From Candidatus Thorarchaeota archaeon (GTDB taxonomy: Archaea; Asgardarchaeota; Thorarchaeia; Thorarchaeales; Thorarchaeaceae): DNA of 6,209 nt. Location of the stretch: the NCBI GenBank assembly GCA_003345555.1, contig PRDJ01000028.1:1-6209 (forward strand), read 5' to 3'. A program made the position numbers and the translations under genes. Below are positions 1 through 5,576 of the stretch, one piece after another. The notes beneath the pieces are model-generated. The model did no database searches. It saw nothing but the letters and a program-made list of their open reading frames with translations, and was not told where the DNA came from. Within the stretch, counting starts at the first letter, position 1; each line of letters begins with the position of its first letter.

Positions 1-2
1 AC

Positions 3-407
3 CTGCTGACACCATCACGTGCTTTGATATTCCCGCTGTTCTGGGCTGTGTTCCTAATCTACTTCCTGATTGATAGCATGTGGTTGATGGGCATTTTGAG
101 GACCGGGTCTCAGGGCAACTGGAAGATCGCCCAGACCAAGTGGACGTTGAAGGCGATGTTCATCAAGTGCATACTCTATCTTATCGTGATAGCAGTTGAC
201 TACGGTGTGGGCTTGGCTACTGGGAGGCCGCTCTTCCCTGGCTTACTGGGCTTCTCGCTCCTGTTCTTGTACGCATTCGTGCCCTATTTCGCAACGAGCA
301 CTGTCATTACTGCTTGGGGGTACAGGGTAACAGGCCACCATTACCTAGGAGCCATGCTCAATGGCTTGTTGTTCGCATGGGTTCTTGCGGCAGCATTGCC
401 TCTGTAG
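3..407 (+). CDS. 3' end of a multi-pass membrane protein, 5'-truncated by the window edge; resembles the C-terminal membrane region of membrane-anchored alpha/beta-hydrolase-type proteins
   Basis: The frame is open from nt 3 (LLTPSRALIFPLFWAVFLIYFLID...), so the TTG at 24 used by the track is probably internal. There are about four hydrophobic segments, ending YRVTGHHYLGAMLNGLLFAWVLAAALPL-TAG(405-407). The hydrolase family link is recalled resemblance only; no catalytic domain is visible in the window. Confidence 0.7.
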   Translation: MLTPSRALIFPLFWAVFLIYFLIDSMWLMGILRTGSQGNWKIAQTKWTLKAMFIKCILYLIVIAVDYGVGLATGRPLFPGLLGFSLLFLYAFVPYFATSTVITAWGYRVTGHHYLGAMLNGLLFAWVLAAALPL

Positions 408-426
408 CAAAGCAGCAACATCACGT

Positions 427-450
427 GGCAGGCCCTGCAAGGGACCTGCC
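427..450. terminator. GC-rich stem-loop between convergent genes (candidate terminator or 3'-end protecting hairpin)
   Basis: GGCAGG(427-432) pairs with CCTGCC(445-450), and inner CC(C)T pairs with (A)GGG around a GCA/GCAA loop. It sits in the 75-nt gap between the stop codons at 407 (+) and 483 (-). There is no long U-tract on either side. Confidence 0.4.
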
Positions 451-482
451 CTACTATTCCCGCCCACAGTCTGTAGAGAGTT

Positions 483-1388
483 CTAAGAACCTCTATGTGT
501 GAAGAGCCACTCAGTCAGGCCGGTTCCCTTCCTTTTCTGTTTCCCGTACTCATGCATGGCCATATTCTCGAAAAGATCCGTTGAGCCACCGGGGAACTGT
601 CTTGAGAATTTGACAAAGGAAGTCGGTGATATCAACACAGACTCAAGTGTGTAGTTGGACCCATCCACACCCGACACGTGGGTGGTTGCTCGGATAGGCA
701 TTTGCTCCTTGCCGCTAGAGAAGCCGGTCTCCACTTCAACACTCGAAATTGGCATGTTTCCGCGTCGCGATGATATGAATCCAGAAGAGTGAACTTGCCC
801 CCTGACAATGTCGCGCCTTAGTCCAATGGAGAATGTATCGAACTGAGCATGAAGTGCGTACCAGCCCTCGATGTGCCAGTCGCGAGCACCCCAACTCTTG
901 TCGCGCTCCCCGAGCCCGTTAATTCTGACTCGCTGGCCGTCAGAAAACTGAATTGTGCCGGTAACACTCTCAGACTGTTCAAAGTGGCCACTCCATGATG
1001 TACCACTTCCCGTGCCGAAGTCATACACTGGAAACCGGGCCTTCCACCTCAAATCGACTGCTGTGTTCTCCCCATGAAAAGTGACTCTCCACTCGTTGAG
1101 TGGCTTTACGAGTTCATAGGCAAGATGACTGTCGGCAAGAGACTCCACGAAACTCTCTGGAATTGGTCCATCCGGCTCTACAAAGTATGTTTCGCGTTTG
1201 TCATGATGAAATAGAGCGAATACAAACTCTCTCTTACGAACATTCGGAAGCAAGCCTATGGTGGTGAAGCCGGAGATCCCTCTATCGGCGTCAACGAAGT
1301 TGAAGTAGTAGCTCTCGCGCCAGTCAGGCTGCTCAGAGGGCTTGTGAGCATACTCGTCAGCGATATCAGGTAAAGTCATCTCGGTCAT
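483..1388 (-). CDS. DUF7064/DUF7065-like protein, predicted CrtC/AttH/tocopherol-cyclase-like double beta-barrel; putative lyase, hydratase or cyclase
   Basis: 301-aa ORF with an ATG start 20 nt after the stop of the upstream gene. Motifs typical of this group: DWRESYYFNF, xxPLNEWRVTF, VDLRW, HFEQ...VTGTI, GxGERDKSWGARDW. The sequence is rich in aromatic residues and beta-strand-like segments. Family assigned by motif recognition, without a database search. Confidence 0.7.
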   Translation of the reverse strand: MTEMTLPDIADEYAHKPSEQPDWRESYYFNFVDADRGISGFTTIGLLPNVRKREFVFALFHHDKRETYFVEPDGPIPESFVESLADSHLAYELVKPLNEWRVTFHGENTAVDLRWKARFPVYDFGTGSGTSWSGHFEQSESVTGTIQFSDGQRVRINGLGERDKSWGARDWHIEGWYALHAQFDTFSIGLRRDIVRGQVHSSGFISSRRGNMPISSVEVETGFSSGKEQMPIRATTHVSGVDGSNYTLESVLISPTSFVKFSRQFPGGSTDLFENMAMHEYGKQKRKGTGLTEWLFTHRGS

Positions 1389-1408
1389 CTCTGCACACTA
1401 TTCGTGCA

Positions 1409-2614
1409 TTACTCTGGAAGGAGATAGAGTGTGGGATCCTTATCCTGTTCCTCCTGCTCTCGAAACATTCTGAAGAATGCAGGGTCTGCATCAACCTCCA
1501 TGAAGATTGGCAGGTACTCGTCCAGAACTTTCGGTGAAAGGCCCCAGTCAATCTTCTGCGTTATGCCAACTTGATTCGTATATCTTGCAAAGCCCCTCCA
1601 ATAAGCAATGGCTCCAGCAGTAAGAAGCTGCTTTCTGTCCCACCCTGCAAACTTCATGTAAAGCTCTGCTTGGGCCTTGTCTGCGGCTTCGCCATAGGCA
1701 GAAAGCTCGTCGAGACCCAACGGAACAATCTTGGCGCCACGCTTCGCGTACGCCATCATCTTCGTTACCAGTCCCGCATACTCAGTTGGTTCAATTGTCA
1801 TCGTACCGACATCATTAAACTTTGCAGTCGCACCCTTTAGAACCATGCCAATACCCAATGTGGATGAAGGGAGCTTGGCCTCGGTATTGGACCACGGCAT
1901 CCAGAGTTCGCCTTTTCCGTCGTGCAGGTTCGTGTACTCCGAAACAACTAGAACCTCACCCTTGTCTAGTGGGTATGGTCCATGGTCTGTGATCTTCGCC
2001 CGTGCCTCACACTCGTCCATGAATGCATACAGGTCCACAGAACCAACAGCACGTCTGGCCTTGCTGACCTGTACTTCATTAACCGGCTGCATGCGATCGA
2101 GCAACCACCCGACGGTCTTCCTGTCAAACGCCAGATTTACGCCGCCCGAAGCTGAGACCGTCGGCTTACCTGTGTTGAAGTAGTTCGTGGCGAGTCTGTA
2201 CCAGTTGTCTAGCATAAAGAGCCACTGCTCGCGTTTCTCCTTGGGCTCCTTCGATGCGTCGCCCTCGCACTTGTTGAAAACGACTCCCATCCTTGCAAGA
2301 GAGTAGTAGAGCCACAGGTAGGTTATAGAGAGAGCTTGAACCTCTGAGAGCAAAGTCTTGCTTCTCTTTGCTAGCTCCTCAGCCGATATCTTCTGCCAAA
2401 CCTGCTTCATCACGTCGTAGAGACATGCATACGTCTGGTAGAATGCGACACAAATGTACGCATTGACGGGGAAGAGCTTTGATTCAAGCAGACCCCGTTC
2501 CATCAGTATATTTGAGAAGACTGACGAAAGGTGAGTAATCTGTTTGTTCGCGTCTCGAACTTGCAACCAAATCACAACTCCGTGCAGAATCGCGCCCGCG
2601 TTCTGAAAACGCAT
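1409..2614 (-). CDS. Uncharacterised soluble protein (~385-401 aa), candidate acceptor-binding subunit of a split PEP-utiliser/dikinase system
   Basis: Long 401-aa ORF with natural composition and no clear transmembrane segment. Conserved-looking blocks: ESKLFPVNAY, ECEARAKITDHGPYPL, LWMPWS, FNDVGT...EPTEY. Start is uncertain: ATG 2614 (GAGGTG only 2 nt upstream) or TTG 2566 (GGAGTTGTGAT 4 nt upstream, giving MQVRDANKQI...). Function is inferred from gene context. Confidence 0.75.
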   Translation of the reverse strand: MRFQNAGAILHGVVIWLQVRDANKQITHLSSVFSNILMERGLLESKLFPVNAYICVAFYQTYACLYDVMKQVWQKISAEELAKRSKTLLSEVQALSITYLWLYYSLARMGVVFNKCEGDASKEPKEKREQWLFMLDNWYRLATNYFNTGKPTVSASGGVNLAFDRKTVGWLLDRMQPVNEVQVSKARRAVGSVDLYAFMDECEARAKITDHGPYPLDKGEVLVVSEYTNLHDGKGELWMPWSNTEAKLPSSTLGIGMVLKGATAKFNDVGTMTIEPTEYAGLVTKMMAYAKRGAKIVPLGLDELSAYGEAADKAQAELYMKFAGWDRKQLLTAGAIAYWRGFARYTNQVGITQKIDWGLSPKVLDEYLPIFMEVDADPAFFRMFREQEEQDKDPTLYLLPE

Positions 2615-2655
2615 CCCACCTCTGAGGCAATATTAAACGTTTCAGACCTTCAGAT

Positions 2656-2665
2656 GATATATATC
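2656..2665. promoter_or_regulatory. Palindromic TATA-like element GATATATATC in the divergent intergenic region
   Basis: Perfect 10-bp palindrome about 40 nt upstream of ATG 2614 on the minus strand. This spacing is compatible with an archaeal TATA box plus a short 5' UTR. A second minus-strand candidate, TTTAATAT, lies near 2631-2638. Confidence 0.35.
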
Positions 2666-2725
2666 GGCGGGTTTCGATTAATCAACTGTATCTTGGCATC
2701 CGAGTGATAAAATGGCACTAAGAAT

Positions 2726-2755
2726 GCGCCAGTCTTTTAAGACACCTTCTGGCGC
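2726..2755. promoter_or_regulatory. Inverted repeat enclosing a TATA-like box (candidate operator/promoter of the rightward operon)
   Basis: GCGCCAG(2726-2732)-16 nt-CTGGCGC(2749-2755). Inside it, GTCTT-TT-AAGAC (2732-2743) contains CTTTTAAG (2734-2741), about 35-50 nt upstream of the start at 2776 or 2791. Confidence 0.4.
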
Positions 2756-2775
2756 TGTGCGAAAAAGCAGACCTG

Positions 2776-3141
2776 ATGGAACTGACTGCCTTGAGAAGAG
2801 TGGGACAAGGATTGATCACCCTGAAGCTCAGCGCCGAAGGGGAGATGAGAGTCGTCAAATCAATCCAAGATGTCGTCCGGCTTTGGAAGGAGGGACCTGA
2901 AGGCAAGATAGCTCTTGTTGAAGATGCAGGTACGACAACTCTCGCACCAGTATTGTCCAAACTGGCAGGTGTGGTCTGCACATCCGGGGCCCTTGGCTCG
3001 CATCTAGCTATCGTTACACGTGAATTCCAGATTCCCGCACTCATGGGAACTAAGCTTGAGACATCAGAGAGCTTGGATAGAAGAAGAGTCGTCATCAAAC
3101 CTGAAGAAGGCACTGGCGGTGTCCTTCTGGTCTCTGACTAA
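2776..3141 (+). CDS. Stand-alone PEP-utilising enzyme mobile (phospho-histidine swivel) domain protein
   Basis: 121-aa ORF. GVVCTSGALGSHLAIVTREFQIPALMG matches the PEP-utiliser signature (TxxGGxTSHAAIVARExGIP); the catalytic His is codon CAT at 3001-3003. Alternative start TTG 2791 (MRRVGQG..., preceded by GGAACTGA plus 5 nt). Confidence 0.9.
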   Translation: MELTALRRVGQGLITLKLSAEGEMRVVKSIQDVVRLWKEGPEGKIALVEDAGTTTLAPVLSKLAGVVCTSGALGSHLAIVTREFQIPALMGTKLETSESLDRRRVVIKPEEGTGGVLLVSD

Positions 3142-3181
3142 CAGACATACCACTCAGCAATCTCGTCGGGAGTAAGATGAA

Positions 3182-4198
3182 TTGCCTCGTTATAACTCAC
3201 CAACCAAGTCATCGGGGTCAACACGGTCATGCATTTCCTTTTTCGAGACGATAGGCGATGACGACTTGGAAAGATTCGGCGGCAAGGCAGTGAATCTTGC
3301 TCGGCTACGCAGGGCAGGATTGAAAGTCCCAATCGGGTTCTCCATATCATCGGAGTGTTTCTCTGAGTTTCTGGCCGGTCTCGATGGATCGGACAGAATA
3401 TTGCAGCAGCTGGAATCGGCCACGGACTTGGAAGAAGCCCTGAATTGCGCTGCCAATCTTGAAAGCCTCGGTTCATCTTGGAGAATGTCCGGCGAAACCA
3501 AGAAACAGATCATAGATGCATTTACGCTACTGAGATCGATGGTACATGAACACGGTGCGGGATATGCGGTTCGGTCGTCAGCAAACGTCGAGGACAGTAG
3601 GCATATCTCGTTTGCAGGTCAGGCAGAGAGTTTCTTGTGTGTCAATGGAACTGAGAATGTCATTGATTCTGTTAGAAGAACCTGGCAGTCAGCCGTCTCC
3701 TTCCGCTCAGCTCTCTACCTGCGTGAAATGGGGGTGCCCCTAAGCAGCGTGAAGATGGGTGTAATCGTGCAAGTGATGGTTGACGCAGATATTTCAGGTG
3801 TCATGTTTACAGCCAACACTGTAACGAATGACCCCTCTCAAATCATCATCGAATCCACATGGGGCTTAGGAGAACCGTTGGTCTCAGGGAAAGTAATCCC
3901 AGATACCTTCTTGCTTCATAGGAAACCTTTGAAAATCGTGCAGCGCCTGCTTGGGTCAAAGGCTACAATCGCCACTATCGCCATGTCCAACCAGCAGCAA
4001 CGAATCATGCTTGAGGACACCCCCTTGAGTAAACGAACTGCGTTTACCTTGGATGATGCCGAACTGCTGAACCTAGCTCGATTGGGTATGAAGGTGGAGA
4101 ACATACTGGGTGGTCCTCAAGACATAGAGTGGTGTATGAAAGACTCTCAACTTATTGTGCTCCAAGCAAGACCAGTGACAACAATGAAGTCATGCTAA
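3182..4198 (+). CDS. Stand-alone PEP synthase/pyruvate phosphate dikinase-type N-terminal ATP-grasp (PPDK_N) protein
   Basis: 338-aa ORF with a TTG start; an in-frame TAA at 3173 fixes the upstream limit. All hallmark motifs are present: FGGKAVNL, YAVRSSANVED...SFAGQ, MGVIVQVMV...SGVMFT, ESTWGLGEPLVSG...PD, PQDIEW...LQARPVT. It ends 5 residues after ARPVT with no His or acceptor domain, so it is not a complete ppsA. Confidence 0.93.
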   Translation: MPRYNSPTKSSGSTRSCISFFETIGDDDLERFGGKAVNLARLRRAGLKVPIGFSISSECFSEFLAGLDGSDRILQQLESATDLEEALNCAANLESLGSSWRMSGETKKQIIDAFTLLRSMVHEHGAGYAVRSSANVEDSRHISFAGQAESFLCVNGTENVIDSVRRTWQSAVSFRSALYLREMGVPLSSVKMGVIVQVMVDADISGVMFTANTVTNDPSQIIIESTWGLGEPLVSGKVIPDTFLLHRKPLKIVQRLLGSKATIATIAMSNQQQRIMLEDTPLSKRTAFTLDDAELLNLARLGMKVENILGGPQDIEWCMKDSQLIVLQARPVTTMKSC

Positions 4199-4214
4199 GA
4201 GCGAGATAAAAGTA

Positions 4215-4242
4215 AGAAGGGAGGCACCCAGCCTGCCCTTCT
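4215..4242 (-). terminator. Stem-loop with downstream U-rich tract on the minus strand (candidate terminator of the Fe-S operon)
   Basis: AGAAGGG(4215-4221)/CCCTTCT(4236-4242) plus AGGC/GCCT gives 11 bp with one bulge and a 5-nt loop. On the minus strand it is followed by TACTTTTATCTC. It lies in the 50-nt gap between convergent stop codons at 4198 and 4249. Confidence 0.55.
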
Positions 4243-4248
4243 GCCCTA

Positions 4249-4533
4249 TCAACCGTGCATGCGCATCTTGTATAGTGACTCCCCGGGCGAGACCTTGATA
4301 GCCTCCACCGGACACGATGAGACGCATTTCCCACAAGAAGTGCACACGTCCGGCCAGACAGGAGTGACTACCCACTTCTCCGGGTTGTAGGGATCAGGAT
4401 GCTCCTCGAGGGTTGGATGCATGAGGAATACCGCAGGATCGCAGACGTTCAGACACTTCCTGCACTCTCTGGGGTCCATCTTTCCATCAGGTCCGCACTT
4501 CTTGTAGTCGATCTTAATCTTCGTCTTGCCCAT
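4249..4533 (-). CDS. Small ferredoxin-like protein, probable 2[4Fe-4S] with an atypical first cluster motif
   Basis: One canonical motif CTSCGKCVSSCP and one variant C-x10-CRKCLNVC-DP. Start moved from GTG 4542 (track) to ATG 4533 because GAGGTG lies 6 nt upstream of it; 94 aa. Ends with tandem stops TGA TAG. Confidence 0.88.
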   Translation of the reverse strand: MGKTKIKIDYKKCGPDGKMDPRECRKCLNVCDPAVFLMHPTLEEHPDPYNPEKWVVTPVWPDVCTSCGKCVSSCPVEAIKVSPGESLYKMRMHG

Positions 4534-4539
4534 TCGACC

Positions 4540-4545
4540 CACCTC
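4540..4545 (-). promoter_or_regulatory. Shine-Dalgarno site GAGGTG for the small ferredoxin
   Basis: Minus strand reads TAG-AAGAGGTG-GGTCGA-ATG, complementary to the 16S 3' end (AUCACCUCC), immediately after the stop of the upstream gene. Confidence 0.7.
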
Positions 4546-4547
4546 TT

Positions 4548-5417
4548 CTAGAAGTTCCGAGCCTGTCCTGGCACAGACTCCCTCGGTACCAATTGAAGGG
4601 CGTCATTCTTGCACGCGTGACGACAAACGCCACAGCCGAAGCATTTGTCGTGATTGATTATCACCTTGTTAATCGACGGGAGATATCGGAGAGCTCCAAA
4701 CTGACACATCCTTACACACGCCTTGCAGCCTTGGCAGTTATCTCGGTTGACTGTCATGAGATACTCTCCCTTCAGGACTGTCCTCAGACCAAAATCATTC
4801 CTTAGGCGCAGACCTCCACACTCCGGGCTCTCGCATGAGCAAATCGCATTGATGTAAGGGACCGGCTGGAACCAGACAGACGCTACGTATCCTTTCTTGT
4901 TCTGTGTCTCAAGGGCTGCGATTGCTTCCTCTCGATCTAGCTGCCATTTCTCATCGACCGGAATGTATCTTGTGAGCTTTGGAATGATTTGGCTCAAACA
5001 ACCGAAGTTGATGCATACGGCGTCTTTCACTCCCCTCTGCATCCACCTGCAGACGCAGTAGTTCTTTATGATAGGCTCAGCCGCTAAGTTGCCAAGAATA
5101 TGCTGAGCATCCTCAAGGGGAATGACCTGTCCGAAATGACCATCAGCTCTGACCGGATTTCGCCCTGGCTTCTCACTGTGTATCATCTTCTCGGCATTTG
5201 ACCGTAGAAAACGTCCAATGAGCGGCATCTGCATCTTGTATCCTAGACCAATGGAACTGAAGCCCATGATTTTTCGGATGAACAGAGTCTCCATGTTCTT
5301 CCATTGTTCTTCCAAGTACTCTTTCATATTGTATTCGTCTGCAAGCTCATAGGAGTAATTGCGGGCATTCATGTACCACTTGCCGCCAGCACCATGCTTC
5401 ATGCACCAGTCACACAA
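4548..5417 (-). CDS. Multi-cluster iron-sulfur protein: C-terminal 2[4Fe-4S] ferredoxin domain plus Cys-rich N-terminal and central region
   Basis: C-terminal motifs CQGCKACVRMC and CFGCGVCRHAC; additional CDWCMKH, YCVCR, VCINFGC and ICSCESPEC; 17 Cys in total. Likely start is TTG 5417 (MCDWCMKHG..., GGTGAT 4 nt upstream) rather than GTG 5426, which is part of that SD sequence. Confidence 0.88.
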   Translation of the reverse strand: MCDWCMKHGAGGKWYMNARNYSYELADEYNMKEYLEEQWKNMETLFIRKIMGFSSIGLGYKMQMPLIGRFLRSNAEKMIHSEKPGRNPVRADGHFGQVIPLEDAQHILGNLAAEPIIKNYCVCRWMQRGVKDAVCINFGCLSQIIPKLTRYIPVDEKWQLDREEAIAALETQNKKGYVASVWFQPVPYINAICSCESPECGGLRLRNDFGLRTVLKGEYLMTVNRDNCQGCKACVRMCQFGALRYLPSINKVIINHDKCFGCGVCRHACKNDALQLVPRESVPGQARNF

Positions 5418-5421
5418 TGAT

Positions 5422-5427
5422 ATCACC
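5422..5427 (-). promoter_or_regulatory. Archaeal-type Shine-Dalgarno site GGTGAT
   Basis: Minus strand reads CC-GGTGAT-ATCA-TTG-TGT; GGTGAT is complementary to the 16S tail AUCACC. Confidence 0.6.
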
Positions 5428-5469
5428 GGTTTCCGATTGTCTGTGAATCAGCAGACCATCCTGACGGGT

Positions 5470-5477
5470 TATTTAAG
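5470..5477 (-). promoter_or_regulatory. Candidate archaeal TATA box (CTTAAATA) for the Fe-S operon
   Basis: Minus-strand CTTAAATA matches the YTTAWAWA-type consensus. It is about 52 nt upstream of TTG 5417, which leaves room for a short leader containing the SD. The BRE match is weak. Confidence 0.45.
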
Positions 5478-5556
5478 TGTCGTGAGTGCTGCATGACCTC
5501 TTTCGGCAAAAGCCGATTTCTTGAAGAACTATGCAAAAGCAGTACAGACCGCATAT

Positions 5557-5576
5557 AGCACGAAGTGGTTCGTGCT
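5557..5576. repeat. Perfect 8-bp inverted repeat AGCACGAA-GTGG-TTCGTGCT (operator-like site or RNA hairpin)
   Basis: Read directly from the sequence, in the middle of the ~275-bp divergent intergenic region. Confidence 0.6.

Noticed and set aside
1375-1408. 9-nt-period duplication GTCATCTC (two in-frame ATGs) and a TGCAC-N7-GTGCA repeat sharing TTCGTGC with the 5557-5576 palindrome
   Set aside because: Too short, and the half-site spacing differs from the 5557 repeat; compatible with chance. It only leaves ambiguity between starts 1388 and 1379.
314-2183. Small ORFs 314-502, 818-1024, 1366-1551, 1571-1840 and 1731-2183
   Set aside because: They overlap longer, motif-bearing genes in other frames or on the opposite strand and show no recognisable motifs; treated as shadow ORFs.
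2776-3141. Aconitase X / phosphomevalonate dehydratase small subunit (same swivel fold)
   Set aside because: The SHxAIVxRE phospho-His signature and the adjacent ATP-grasp gene point to the PEP-utiliser family; there is no aconitase X large subunit nearby.
3177-3254. ATG at 3177 as the true start of the ATP-grasp gene via a frameshift
   Set aside because: That frame closes after about 25 codons with no family-like residues, and TTG 3182 gives a complete domain.
2776-4198. Calling the two genes ppsA/ppdK or a frameshifted PEP synthase pseudogene
   Set aside because: The domain order is reversed relative to PpsA (His domain first). Each ORF has its own clean start and stop with a 40-nt gap, catalytic motifs are intact, and the pyruvate-binding domain is absent.
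4215-4251. Selenocysteine readthrough of the ferredoxin TGA (TGA-TAG followed by a hairpin)
   Set aside because: The hairpin lacks an unpaired GAA/A or AUGA-GA SECIS core, lies very close to the codon, and the TGA is not in a redox motif. Tandem stops plus a terminator is simpler.
2712-4805. Small ORFs 2712-2900, 2718-3113, 3138-3476, 3190-3513, 3546-3743, 3916-4104, 4152-4334, 4190-4375 and 4593-4805
   Set aside because: Alternative-frame or antisense shadows of well-supported genes, with no independent SD or protein motif.
4545-5528. TTCnnGAA sites (4546-4553 and 5518-5525) resembling eukaryotic heat-shock elements
   Set aside because: Single short matches, one overlapping a stop codon; expected by chance, and no cognate factor is in evidence.
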